Below, piece after piece: positions 1-9,396 of a stretch of DNA of 64,000 nucleotides (positions within the stretch are counted from its first letter, which is position 1; every line of letters starts with the position of its first letter). The position numbers were made by a program, and so were the translations under genes. The DNA lies in assembly GCA_050045915.1 (NCBI GenBank), contig JBNGCR010000004.1, positions 1,354 to 65,353 of the forward strand, written 5' to 3'. The notes under the pieces are model-generated. The model was not told where the DNA came from. It did not search any database and worked only from the letters and a program-made list of their open reading frames with translations. The DNA is from Limnospira sp. Lineage in GTDB: Bacteria; Cyanobacteriota; Cyanobacteriia; Cyanobacteriales; Microcoleaceae.

Positions 1-3000
1 CAGGTCCCACAGTTTCACCGTGCGATCGCCACTTCCGGACGCCAAAATATTGCCATTTTGGGGATTGAAACTGACATCGTGAACGCTGCAAAAATCCCGG
101 GCTTCAGGGGAAAGACTCTCGCAGTGTCCCGTCAAAACCGCCATCACCTTGCCCTGCAAATCCCACAGTCGCACCGTCCGATCTTTGCCCCCGCTGGCCA
201 ACTTCTGTCCGTCCGGGCTGAATTCCACATCCAACACCTTATCCGTATGCCCCTCCAGGACTCGGAGCGGCGTTCCGTCAGCCCTCCACAGCCGGATCGT
301 TTTGTCGTTGCCGGCCGTGGCGATAGTGTTGCCGTCGGGGCTGAACTTAGCCCGAGTCACCAAATCCCTGTGGCCGGCGAGGGTTTTCAGCCACCGGAAC
401 TCGCCGGCCTCCCCATCCCAGATCCAGAGCCTCACCTTGCCGTCGGCGGTGGCGGTCAAAATCCGGCGGCTCTCAGGGCTGAAGGCGACGCTGGTGACAC
501 TGCTTTCGTGGGGTAGATCCTGCAACCAAGCCCCGTTCCGATTCCACAGTTTGGCGATATTGTCGTTACCCGCCGTGGCGATAGTGTTGCCGTCGGGACT
601 AAAGGTGATGCCGAGGACGCTGCTGGCGTGTCCCTGCAAGCGGTTCTGTTCCTGCAGGCCCGAGATCACCTCCCGCAACCCGGCGGTGACGTCGAATTTT
701 TGTTGGGGACTCGGTTGTGTCTCTAGAATGTCGGTACTCACCCGCAGAGCGGTGAGCATAATTTCGAGTTGGTTATTTTCGTCGGAGAGGCGCAGCGCCC
801 GTTCGACGGACTGCAGGGCTACCAGGCGGTCGGCTGCGTTGCGTTGCCATTTCTGCGCCTCCCACCCCGCAAATCCCAGCAGCAACACCGCCACACCGGC
901 CCCGATCAAGCTGCGAATTTGGCGTTCCCGCTGCAGGCGTTCCTCGGCTTGCTGTTGTTTTTGGCGAGCTTCTTCCAGTTTTTTATGTAACTCTTGTTCC
1001 CGCCGAAGTTCTTCGTTTTGTTCTTGCAGTTGCTCGAATTGGGCGTCGCGATCGGATTGGTGTTGGTGGCGGATAAAACCCGCCAGATAATCGTGGACGA
1101 GTTGATAAAATTCGGTGTCAACTTCGACTTCCCGAGAGACTAATCCTGACTGTTCAAAAATATGTAAAATTAGGTCGAGTTGGGTGGTGACGGAGGGTTG
1201 ATGGAGCTGGGTTCTCAACTCTTCTTCGAGTTCGGAGCGGGTTCTCAGGGGGCGGGTATCGTTTTCGTCGGTGAGCAGGTAGAGCATCCGTTTGGCCATG
1301 CGTTCGTTTTCGGCTCCACAGTCCCGGATGGTGACTTCCAAAAAGCGCTCCACCAGCTTTTGTTTTGGACCCCGGTTTTGATATTCGGCGAGGGTGGTGA
1401 TATTTTCAGTCTGCAATTGGGCCCCGACCACTTGCATCTCGATGGGTCGCACTTCTCCCAATTCGCCGGATAGGTCATCGACCAAGGTTTCGATCAGGGC
1501 ATCTTCTAAATAGAAGTGGGAGCGATCGGTCAAACTTTTGATGACATCGTAGGCTTCTTTGGGGGTAAAGTTGCCCAAGTAAAAGAGAATATCTTTGCTC
1601 AAGATATCATTATTGATGGCATCAAAATCGGTGAATCGACCGGATTTCAAGAGGTGGTGCAGGTAATCTTCGCGCAGGGAAATAACGACCTTGACAAAGG
1701 GGATGTTGAGGATATCTCGCAAGAACTCGAAGAAGATTTTTTGACCCTTTCGATTGAGGACAAAAAACAGCTCTTCAAATTGGTCGAATATCACCACCGT
1801 CAGCCGGTTGCGTTCGGAATTTTTTTTGAGATTTTCGCAAATTTTTTGCATCAATTCGAGCCGTTCGCTCTCGTCCGGCTTGCCCCCCTCCGGATCGGTG
1901 AATCCCGTATCCACGGCGACTTGTGTTTCGGCGGGGGTTTCCGCCTGTTGAAGGGCCACGAGTTTGCGATCGAGTTCGCCGATATAGGAATTGTAACTGC
2001 GAATGACGACGGGCATTGCCTGGCGGGCGTCGATGCTCTGACGTTGGAGGGCGGGCACCAAACCCGCCCGCAACAGGGAACTTTTCCCCACTCCAGACTG
2101 GCCGTAAATGACCGTCAATTTATGCTGGGAACTCGCCATGCGGTTGAGGAGTTGGGCGATCGCTTTTTCCCGTCCGGAAGCCTGGATTTCGTCGGCGAAG
2201 GTAGACCCAGAATCCACGTCGGCGAGGGTGGGGTCGATCGCCCGTTCCCGAGGTTGCAGCCGCCCCGCTCCGATAAATGCCGTGTAGCCGAAAATACTCG
2301 ATTTTGTCCGATATTCTCGCTTAATTTCAAAGGCTTCCCGATACTCCCCGCGATCAAAATAGAGGCGGTGCAAAGTATCTAAAATTTTCAAATATAATTG
2401 GGGATTATATTGGGGCAAGGTGGCGCGTTTTCCCCACTCCAATTTTTGAATCGCTTCCCCCAGTCGCCCCAATTTTTCTAACGCTTCCGCCAACAGCCAC
2501 AAATAACGCCCCTGATGTTGGTTGGAAATGGAATCTTCGATCGGCTTTGCCGGTGCGCTCTGCGCCATGGCGTCGGCGGTATCCGTGTGGACCAGAATAT
2601 CCAAAGCCACTTCCGCCAATTCCCGGGCTTCATTCCACTCCCGCCGCCGCAGGGCGACTTCGGCTAAAAATCCGTAATCCTGGGCCAATAACACCCGAGA
2701 AATTGCCCCCGGCGTTTGGTGGAGTTGTCGGGATGCGATCGCTAAGTCCCACAAAGCATCCCAATCTTCTAACTGCCGCAGCACCTCCCCCAATTTATTG
2801 ATAAATTTCGCCACCAAATCCTGGCGGCGTGCCAGCTCAAACCGCTGGATACACTGTTGCAAATGCTGTTTCGCCCGTTCCCATTCCCCGTAACTGCTGC
2901 CGTGGCGATATTGTTCGGCTTGATAAATATCGCACAGTCCGATGTGAAACAGTAAAATTCCCTGCCATTCCAAATGGCTAAAATCCGTCGTGGCGGCGTG

Positions 3001-3750
3001 GGAGACTTGGGCATTTTGTCTCCAAAAATCGAGACTTTCCTGGTACAGATTCCGGGCTGAATCGATCTCGTGGTGGGTGTAGCAGTACCGGCCCAAAACG
3101 AATTTCAAACTGCCTTCCAACTCCGCCGGAAAAACGTCAATTTGTCGCTTGAGATCCCGGTAAGCCAACTCCAACTCGGACGCGGAATTGGGTCCTAAAA
3201 TCTTGCTGTTGGGGACGAACTGCAGCGCCCCCAACTCCTGCACGCCGGCGAAAACCTGTCGGGCTTTACTCTCCAAAAAATCGAGCAACTCTCGGGTTCC
3301 CAACACGAATTCATAGGTGGTCGCCCAACTGGTAAAATCCTGAGCCCGCCGGTTCATTTTTTTCCACAGGTTGTCATCAATCCACAACACCAGGGGAAAG
3401 GAAAAATTCCGGAAGGCTTCCCGGGCGAAATTCGTGGCATCGAGCACTGCGTCGAGATCCCGGACTGACTCTAAACCGTAAACCATCAAAACCGACGGTT
3501 CCGCCTCCCCCGCGAGGGCCGCTTGAATCGTACCGTAGAGACTCTGTACGCTGGGGGGGAGGTGCAATTCTCGAATCGGCAAGGGGGATTGTTCTCGGAG
3601 GTCGCGCACCACCTGCTCCCGCAAATTGATAGAGTTACAGCGCACCACCAGCAGCGAGAACTGCCCTTCGGACAGTCGGAGGGTGCGGCTCAAGGTGTGG
3701 AGTTGGCTGGCATTTTGAGCGATGGTATCGTCAAGGGGGTGCGGGCTCAT
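1..3750 (-). CDS. Large STAND-type NTPase / WD40-repeat protein (N-terminal helical/TPR-like region, P-loop NTPase, coiled coil, WD40 repeats); 3' end lies outside the window
   Basis: Absent from the ORF track because it has no stop in the window. Manual translation gives the same minus frame at 3750, 2460-2341, 2100 and 3. Start MSPHPLDDTIAQNASQLHTLSRTLRLSEGQFSLLVVRCN (alternative in-frame ATGs at 3762 and 3780). Walker A IYGQSGVGKSSLLRAGLVP at ~2110-2060. WD40 units such as VEFSPDGQKLASGGKDRTVRLWD and SFNPQNGNILASGSGDRTVKLWD. Not every codon was checked. Confidence 0.88.
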   Translation of the reverse strand, partial: MSPHPLDDTIAQNASQLHTLSRTLRLSEGQFSLLVVRCNSINLREQVVRDLREQSPLPIRELHLPPSVQSLYGTIQAALAGEAEPSVLMVYGLESVRDLDAVLDATNFAREAFRNFSFPLVLWIDDNLWKKMNRRAQDFTSWATTYEFVLGTRELLDFLESKARQVFAGVQELGALQFVPNSKILGPNSASELELAYRDLKRQIDVFPAELEGSLKFVLGRYCYTHHEIDSARNLYQESLDFWRQNAQVSHAATTDFSHLEWQGILLFHIGLCDIYQAEQYRHGSSYGEWERAKQHLQQCIQRFELARRQDLVAKFINKLGEVLRQLEDWDALWDLAIASRQLHQTPGAISRVLLAQDYGFLAEVALRRREWNEARELAEVALDILVHTDTADAMAQSAPAKPIEDSISNQHQGRYLWLLAEALEKLGRLGEAIQKLEWGKRATLPQYNPQLYLKILDTLHRLYFDRGEYREAFEIKREYRTKSSIFGYTAFIGAGRLQPRERAIDPTLADVDSGSTFADEIQASGREKAIAQLLNRMASSQHKLTVIYGQSGVGKSSLLRAGLVPALQRQSIDARQAMPVVIRSYNSYIGELDRKLVALQQAETPAETQVAVDTGFTDPEGGKPDESERLELMQKICENLKKNSERNRLTVVIFDQFEELFFVLNRKGQKIFFEFLRDILNIPFVKVVISLREDYLHHLLKSGRFTDFDAINNDILSKDILFYLGNFTPKEAYDVIKSLTDRSHFYLEDALIETLVDDLSGELGEVRPIEMQVVGAQLQTENITTLAEYQNRGPKQKLVERFLEVTIRDCGAENERMAKRMLYLLTDENDTRPLRTRSELEEELRTQLHQPSVTTQLDLILHIFEQSGLVSREVEVDTEFYQLVHDYLAGFIRHQHQSDRDAQFEQLQEQNEELRREQELHKKLEEARQKQQQAEERLQRERQIRSLIGAGVAVLLLGFAGWEAQKWQRNAADRLVALQSVERALRLSDENNQLEIMLTALRVSTDILETQPSPQQKFDVTAGLREVISGLQEQNRLQGHASSVLGITFSPDGNTIATAGNDNIAKLWNRNGAWLQDLPHESSVTSVAFSPESRRILTATADGKVRLWIWDGEAGEFRWLKTLAGHRDLVTRAKFSPDGNTIATAGNDKTIRLWRADGTPLRVLEGHTDKVLDVEFSPDGQKLASGGKDRTVRLWDLQGKVMAVLTGHCESLSPEARDFCSVHDVSFNPQNGNILASGSGDRTVKLWDL

Positions 3751-3790
3751 GTTGCTTCTCATCTTCAATCCCTGATACATCTAGGGTAGC

Positions 3791-3855
3791 TTGACATCTT
3801 CCCCGCCGTGGAATCAGTCGCCCTGAAGGGACGAGGCTTGAAACCCAATTTTGGG
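3791..3855 (-). mobile_element. 65-bp minimal IS200/IS605-family derivative (left end fused to a partial right end; PATE-like)
   Basis: Minus strand reads TGAC|CCCAAAATTGGGTTTCAAGCCTCGTCCCTTCAGGGCGACT...ACGGCGGGGAAGATGTCAA. The left part aligns without gaps to the left end of the tnpB element at 37045 (TGAC|CGATAATTTGGGTCTCCAGCC). The right part matches the right end at 36643. Confidence 0.7.
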
Positions 3856-3964
3856 GTCAAGGGCATCTTCCGGGGATTGATAACAATTGGGCCGGTGTCC
3901 GTTGGCTCCTGCGATTCCTCGATCGCACTGTCTCCAAGTTCGCTAATCCGTTTACAATTGGCTT

Positions 3965-4270
3965 ATGCACGCTTTATCTATCCCAACCTGGATCATTCAC
4001 GTTTCCAGCGTAATCGAATGGATGGCCGCCATCTGGTTCATCTGGCGTTACGGCGAGATGACCCGGAATCGGGCCTGGTGGGGACTCTCGTTCGCCATGT
4101 TGCCCGCCCTCGTCAGCGCCATGTGCGCCTGTACCTGGCATTATTTTGACAATCCCCCTGATTTGGAATGGCTGGTCACGTTGCAGGCGACGATGACCGT
4201 CGTCGGAAATGTCACCCTTTGCATTGCCGCCGGGTGGATTTGGCGCACGTCGCGATCGCTCGAAATTTAA
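3965..4270 (+). CDS. ycf49: Ycf49-like membrane protein (DUF2499)
   Basis: MHALSIPTWIIHVSSVIEW...LPALVSAMCACTWH is the characteristic Ycf49/DUF2499 pattern; it is followed by DUF3593 as usual. Confidence 0.85.
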   Translation: MHALSIPTWIIHVSSVIEWMAAIWFIWRYGEMTRNRAWWGLSFAMLPALVSAMCACTWHYFDNPPDLEWLVTLQATMTVVGNVTLCIAAGWIWRTSRSLEI

Positions 4271-4314
4271 ACCCCGCGATCGCCATTTTTTTTTGCACTC
4301 TCAATCGGTCGCCC

Positions 4315-4608
4315 ATGTTATCTAAAGATACTCTATTCGCCCTATCTTTATTTCCTTACCTCGGTTTCCTCTGGTTTCTGACCCGATCCGGAATGACTCC
4401 CAAACTCGCCCTGATCGGCTTTTACGGGACGTTGGTTTTTGTCGCCGTGACGATTCCGGCGGGAATTTACGCCAAGGTCGCCTACGGTGAAGCCCTGGCT
4501 AATGTCGATTGGCTGCACGGGGGGGCGGAAGTTTTTTTGACCCTATCCAATATTTTGATTGTTTTGGGATTCAGACAGGCGGTTTTGAACAAACAATCGC
4601 CGCAATAA
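4315..4608 (+). CDS. DUF3593 family membrane protein
   Basis: LFALSLFPYLGFLWFL...FVAVTIPAGIYA...LANVDWLHGGAE motifs. Start moved to the ATG at 4315 inside track ORF 4168..4608. Confidence 0.85.
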   Translation: MLSKDTLFALSLFPYLGFLWFLTRSGMTPKLALIGFYGTLVFVAVTIPAGIYAKVAYGEALANVDWLHGGAEVFLTLSNILIVLGFRQAVLNKQSPQ

Positions 4609-4636
4609 ATTGCCGTCGAACCGGACTATTTTTGCC

Positions 4637-5497
4637 ATGATCAAAGGTACCACCAAACTGTTGGGCGTCGTCGGCCACCCCGTCGAACATTCCCTGTCTC
4701 CGGTCATGCACAATGCCGCGATCGCCGATTTGGGGGTCGATTATGTCTACCTCCCGTTTCCCGTCGCCCCGCAGGATTTGGAGGCGGCTTTGACGGGTTT
4801 CGCAGCCCTCGGCGTGGAGGGGGTCAACCTCACCATTCCCCACAAACAGACTATCATTCCGTTGCTCTCGGAGGTGTCGCCCCTGGCGCGATCCGTGGGG
4901 GCGGTAAATACGGTGTGGCGGGGCGATCGCGGCTGGTGCGGCACCAATACGGACGTGGAGGGTTTCCTGTCGCCGCTGAAGGCTCTCAATCGCAATTGGA
5001 GCCCAAAAATAGCCGTCATTTTGGGGAACGGCGGCGCCTCCCGGGCCGTCGTCGCCGGGTGTGCGGAGTTGAAAATGGCGGAAATTCACGTCGTCGGACG
5101 CAACCCCGAAAAGTTGGAGATATTCCGCCAAAGTTGGCTCGATTCTCCCGTTCCGGTGACGCTTTCCGTGCATCTTCACAGTCAGTTGGCGGAGTTGATT
5201 TCCCGAGCTGATTTGTTGGTGAATACTACCCCCGTCGGAATGTATCCCGATGTTGATCGCTCTCCCGTGGACGGGGAAATTTTGGGGGGATTGAAACCCG
5301 ACGCGATCGCCTACGATTTGATTTACACCCCGAGTCCGACGCAGTTTTTACAACTGGCAAAAAACCGGGGCATAATGGCGATCGACGGCCTAGAAATGCT
5401 GGTTCAACAAGGAGCCGCCGCCTTGCAAATTTGGCTACAACAGCCCGTCCCAGTCGCGGTGATGCGTCAGTCCCTAAAAGCGCAACTTTTCGGTTAA
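4637..5497 (+). CDS. aroE: Shikimate dehydrogenase
   Basis: GHPVEHSLSPVMHN, NLTIPHK, GAVNT, GTNTDVEGF, GNGGASRA and DGLEMLVQQGA motifs. ATG at 4637. Confidence 0.95.
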   Translation: MIKGTTKLLGVVGHPVEHSLSPVMHNAAIADLGVDYVYLPFPVAPQDLEAALTGFAALGVEGVNLTIPHKQTIIPLLSEVSPLARSVGAVNTVWRGDRGWCGTNTDVEGFLSPLKALNRNWSPKIAVILGNGGASRAVVAGCAELKMAEIHVVGRNPEKLEIFRQSWLDSPVPVTLSVHLHSQLAELISRADLLVNTTPVGMYPDVDRSPVDGEILGGLKPDAIAYDLIYTPSPTQFLQLAKNRGIMAIDGLEMLVQQGAAALQIWLQQPVPVAVMRQSLKAQLFG

Positions 5498-5710
5498 TGC
5501 GATTGATAAAGATGGGCGATCGGATAACTGTAGCGGTCGGCTACAATGAATCAATTCTTTCGCCCCCAAACCCCCAATTCTGGGGGCTTATCCAGTTTTT
5601 TAACCGTACAACTTCCCAATCGTCGCATATGTATGTTGATTCCAAGCACCTGTGGAGGCAAGCGTCTCGGGTTGCCCTGGGTTGCCCGGATTTAAAATTC
5701 CGTTTCCATG

Positions 5711-5741
5711 AAAAAAGGGGAGGCTGTCCATTAACCTCCCC
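5711..5741 (-). terminator. Putative intrinsic terminator downstream of the DUF4149 gene
   Basis: Minus strand GGGGAGG-11 nt-CCTCCCC followed by TTTTTT, ~25 nt after the stop codon. Confidence 0.55.
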
Positions 5742-5766
5742 CCGGGTGATTTAAAGATGACTGAAT

Positions 5767-6282
5767 TCATCTCTGATCGGCGAAATGATTCTGATAACAC
5801 CAGGCGAAAATCGTACCCGCAGCGAAGAATTTCAGCGTTTCCAGACTCAGATAGCCGAAGTGCAGTTGATTCATCCCCGCCGGCACCGATTCCACCGGAT
5901 TAAACAGGTTCAGATGGGCTCCCAAGGCGCTCATTTGGGGGGTGAGACTGTAGGTGTAAAGCAGCGCGATCGCGAACAGAATAAAAGATAATGCCGTGAG
6001 GGTGCGAATGCGACTGCTGAATCCTTCGGGGAGCGTCATCCCCAAGATCATCATCCCCGTCAATCCCAGGGCTGCACACAGGATTTCAATATGATTAAAT
6101 GCGGAAAAAATGACCGAACCTGCGGGCGCAAAACTGGCTTCTTCCATCATTCCGGAAACGTACATTCCCGGCATGATCACGAAATCTAACAGCAGGCTGC
6201 CACCGAGCCAAAGTGCCATCGTGACCAGGACAAGGGTGAGCCAGCGGGATGGATTGTATTGAATTTTAGATATGGCTGACAT
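5767..6282 (-). CDS. DUF4149-family membrane protein
   Basis: Four hydrophobic segments; LWLGGSLLLDFVIMP and YSLTPQMSALG patterns. Confidence 0.7.
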   Translation of the reverse strand: MSAISKIQYNPSRWLTLVLVTMALWLGGSLLLDFVIMPGMYVSGMMEEASFAPAGSVIFSAFNHIEILCAALGLTGMMILGMTLPEGFSSRIRTLTALSFILFAIALLYTYSLTPQMSALGAHLNLFNPVESVPAGMNQLHFGYLSLETLKFFAAGTIFAWCYQNHFADQR

Positions 6283-6518
6283 GAATAATGCCTCTCAACT
6301 TTCGTCCCTTACGTTTTCAGTGTAGCGAAGATTTTGCCGGGAAAATATGAAGTATTTTTGCGATTTGGATGTCGGCAGTAATTGTTAAGAAATTTGTAGC
6401 GATCGGGGGGCGATCGCCCGCCAATTTTCGTGACTTGGGGACGATGGCAGAGATTTTTATGAATTTTTGTTAAAATTGCTGACGGAATATTTTGTCGTCG
6501 GTGTGAAGGCTGAGAAAC

Positions 6519-7196
6519 GTGAAAGCAGTAATTTTACTCTCCGGTGGACTCGACTCTTCCACCGCGCTCTATCAGGCGAAGGCCGATGGCTGCGAGTGCT
6601 ACGCGCTCTCCTTTGACTATCGGCAGCGCCACCAGCGAGAATTGGAAGCGGCGGCAGCAATTGCCAAGGCGGCGGCAGTGGCCGAGTACCAGGTCGTCCA
6701 GTTTGACCTGACGTGCTGGGGGGGTTCGGCTTTGACGGACAACCAGATCGACTTGCCAAGCGATCGCTCCGTAGCCGAGATGTCCCAGAGCATTCCGATC
6801 ACCTACGTTCCGGCCCGCAACACGATTTTTCTGAGTTTCGGCCTCGCCTACGCTGAGGCGATTCGCGCCGATCGCGTCTATATCGGGGTCAACGCTTTGG
6901 ACTACTCGGGCTATCCCGACTGTCGCCCTGATTATATCGCCGCCATGCAGGAAGTGTTCCGCCTGGGGACCAAGGAAGGGCGGGAAGGAAATGCGATCGC
7001 GATCGACACCCCCCTCATCCACCTCAAGAAAACGGAGATCATCCAATTGGGGAATGAGTTGGGCGTCCCCTGGGAACACACCTGGTCCTGTTACGCGGGT
7101 GAAGCGGAAGCCTGCGGTGTCTGCGATGCCTGTCGGTTGAGGCTGGCCGCGTTTGAAGCGTTGGGGTTGAGCGATCCGATTCCCTACAAATCGTGA
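6519..7196 (+). CDS. queC: 7-cyano-7-deazaguanine synthase
   Basis: LLSGGLDS, YVPARN, SGYPDCRP and the TWSCY...CGVCDAC zinc motif. Confidence 0.97.
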   Translation: MKAVILLSGGLDSSTALYQAKADGCECYALSFDYRQRHQRELEAAAAIAKAAAVAEYQVVQFDLTCWGGSALTDNQIDLPSDRSVAEMSQSIPITYVPARNTIFLSFGLAYAEAIRADRVYIGVNALDYSGYPDCRPDYIAAMQEVFRLGTKEGREGNAIAIDTPLIHLKKTEIIQLGNELGVPWEHTWSCYAGEAEACGVCDACRLRLAAFEALGLSDPIPYKS

Positions 7197-7348
7197 TGGC
7201 GGTCAGAATTGGCTGAAATTGTCGGGCTTTTAGTTGTCGGCGGTTTCCCAATTTTGCCCCTCGGAAACGATAGAATAAAAATAGTTGGTGCCCGGAATCT
7301 CCGGCAATTCCCTGTCGCGCAGTTCGGCGGTGTCAAGTTAACTGCCGT

Positions 7349-8665
7349 GTGACATCTCAATTCAGCGAATTTCTCCCAAATGTCGGTCTTATGGTTGAAA
7401 AATTTGGACAATCTGATCATCGTGATGCTTTGGAGGTTTGGTCTGAAGAGGCGACGATTCTGCATCGGCGAATTACCAATCTCAAGCAGCTTCTCGCCGA
7501 GGCGGAACGGGAGAATCGGGAGTTGCGATCGCAATTGCAGGCGAAAGAGCCAGTTCTAGGGGAAGCATCCTTAAAAACCGACATTCCCCCAGAATCGCAG
7601 TGGCAGGAAAGCGATCGCGCGGATATTGATAAGGTTGAGAATGAAGAGTCCGAATCTTCTGGGGGTGAAGAAACTGAGCCGGTTGACGATCTAGAAATTC
7701 AGGAGACGGAAAGCGATCGCACCGATGAGATTGAACCATCCGATCGTGGCGATGCCGGTCTGTCTGAAAACCGGGATAATTCCGGCGCGATCGGCAACGG
7801 AAAAAACGGCAGAGGGGATGTTTCGACCAACGGTTCCGCTAATGGAAAAAGCCTCGATCCGAATGCGATCGAACCCGTCCACAACGGTCGAGGAACCGCC
7901 ACTGCGATCGCACCTCCGAAACCCGAAATTGCCGCATCCGAGGAAGACGATCTCGACGAAATTCCCGACGAAGCCGAGATGTCCCTGTTCGATCATCTCG
8001 AAGAATTACGACAGCGCATTTTTTACTCATTAATTGCCGTTACCGGCGGCATTGTCCTTTGTTTCATCGCCGTCAAACCGATCGTTCAACTCTTAAAAAT
8101 TCCGGCCCAAGGCGTGAAAATGCTGCAACTTGCCCCCGGAGAATATTTCTTCGTCTCCCTGAAAGTTGCCGGATACAGCGGTTTGATCCTGTCGAGTCCA
8201 TTCATTATTTATCAAATCGTCCAATTTGTCCTTCCCGGACTCACCCGCCGCGAACGGCGAATTCTGGGGCCGATTTTCCTGGGTTCCACATTCCTATTTT
8301 TGATCGGTTTAATCTTTGCCTATGCCGCGATCGTCCCGGCCGCACTCAAATTCTTCATCGGCTACGGCGCGGAAGTCGTCGAACAACTTTGGTCGATCTC
8401 GGAATATTTTGAGTTTGTCCTGAAACTGCTATTCGTAACGGCGATCGCATTTCAGGTTCCCATCATTTTAATATTGTTGGGAATCCTGGGAATTGTGTCT
8501 TCCAAACAAATGTTCTCCGGTTGGCGATATGTGGTACTCGCAGCAGCCGTTCTAGGGGCAATTTTGACGCCTTCAACCGACCCGTTAACTCAAAGTCTCC
8601 TGGGGGGTGCGGTCGTCTTTTTATATTTCGGCGGCGTCGGGGTCGTGCGGCTGATGGGGAAATAG
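7349..8665 (+). CDS. tatC: Twin-arginine translocase TatC with a ~200-aa coiled-coil/acidic N-terminal extension
   Basis: The core begins at EMSLFDHLEELRQRIF (~7975), with LAPGEYFF, PGLTRRE and LTPSTDP motifs. The upstream part of the ORF is open and in frame from the GTG at 7349. Confidence 0.9.
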   Translation: MTSQFSEFLPNVGLMVEKFGQSDHRDALEVWSEEATILHRRITNLKQLLAEAERENRELRSQLQAKEPVLGEASLKTDIPPESQWQESDRADIDKVENEESESSGGEETEPVDDLEIQETESDRTDEIEPSDRGDAGLSENRDNSGAIGNGKNGRGDVSTNGSANGKSLDPNAIEPVHNGRGTATAIAPPKPEIAASEEDDLDEIPDEAEMSLFDHLEELRQRIFYSLIAVTGGIVLCFIAVKPIVQLLKIPAQGVKMLQLAPGEYFFVSLKVAGYSGLILSSPFIIYQIVQFVLPGLTRRERRILGPIFLGSTFLFLIGLIFAYAAIVPAALKFFIGYGAEVVEQLWSISEYFEFVLKLLFVTAIAFQVPIILILLGILGIVSSKQMFSGWRYVVLAAAVLGAILTPSTDPLTQSLLGGAVVFLYFGGVGVVRLMGK

Positions 8666-8673
8666 TTTTTGAT

Positions 8674-8700
8674 GGGCGATCGCAGAGGGTTGCCCCTACA
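8674..8700. repeat. Short REP-like palindrome (GGGCGA...TTGCCCCTACA)
   Basis: Imperfect hairpin ending in CCCCTACA just after tatC, resembling cyanobacterial REP-type repeats. Confidence 0.35.
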
Positions 8701-8852
8701 GTCAATCCTAGGGGGCGTTCCCCACCGTCACCGATGGAATTGACCGATTTTCTGAGGGGTTAAAGCCCAACAACAAATATGGACAATATGGGGGGGTTTC
8801 ATTCTCGTTCAAACCCACCTAAAAAAGATCGAATTTATCTCCCCTTATTAAG

Positions 8853-9022
8853 CAGGGCTGTTTCATTCTCGGTTCAAAATTGTCGGGGGCGACAGTGAAA
8901 ACCGTTGATGGGAGACAAGAGCAAGGGAATATCCGGTTAAAAACACCTTTTTATTCCGAAAAATCTCCCTCCGCTCCCTCTGCTCCCCTTGCCATTTTTC
9001 TGGGGAGAATGAAACGGCCGGG
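8853..9022. mobile_element. 170-bp MITE with ~18-bp imperfect terminal inverted repeats and a ~9-11-bp flanking duplication
   Basis: Left TIR CAGGGCTGTTTCATTCTC (8853-8870); right TIR GAGAATGAAACGGCCGGG (9005-9022). Flanks are CCCTTATTAAG (left) and CTCTTATTAAG (right). No coding capacity. Confidence 0.75.
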
Positions 9023-9054
9023 CTCTTATTAAGGGGATCTGGGGGGATCGATGC

Positions 9055-9396
9055 TTAAACCTGCACTTTCGGTTCGGAAGCCGGACGAATTTCGCTGCGA
9101 ACTTCGTAAAATGAAGTCATAGGTGCTTTGGCAAAAAGCGGAGTCATTTTGTCCAAAATAGCCTGGTAGGACTCATCTTGGTTGGCTTCCATGTCCTCGA
9201 TATTTTCCCAAAAAATGATCGCGATCCCGCGTTCGGTGCCGGGTTCTTGCAATAAGTAAGATCCCTTAAAACCTTTGGTATAGGTCGAAACGGCTTGTTG
9301 AAACAGTTCCCGAGCTTCTTCAAATTTGCCCGGTTTGAATTCGCCGATCGCGATGTAGGCATATTTGTGCCGAAGAAAATCAAAAAATTCAGACAT
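9055..9396 (-). CDS. Antibiotic biosynthesis monooxygenase (ABM)-like ferredoxin-fold protein
   Basis: GEFKPGKFEEA...GFKGSYLLQEPGTERGIAIIFWENIEDMEA pattern; 113 aa. Confidence 0.7.
   Translation of the reverse strand: MSEFFDFLRHKYAYIAIGEFKPGKFEEARELFQQAVSTYTKGFKGSYLLQEPGTERGIAIIFWENIEDMEANQDESYQAILDKMTPLFAKAPMTSFYEVRSEIRPASEPKVQV

Noticed and set aside
149-2382. Plus-strand ORFs 149..1090, 58..516 and 1516..2382
   Set aside because: Antisense shadows of the minus-strand STAND-WD40 gene, which carries the recognisable motifs.
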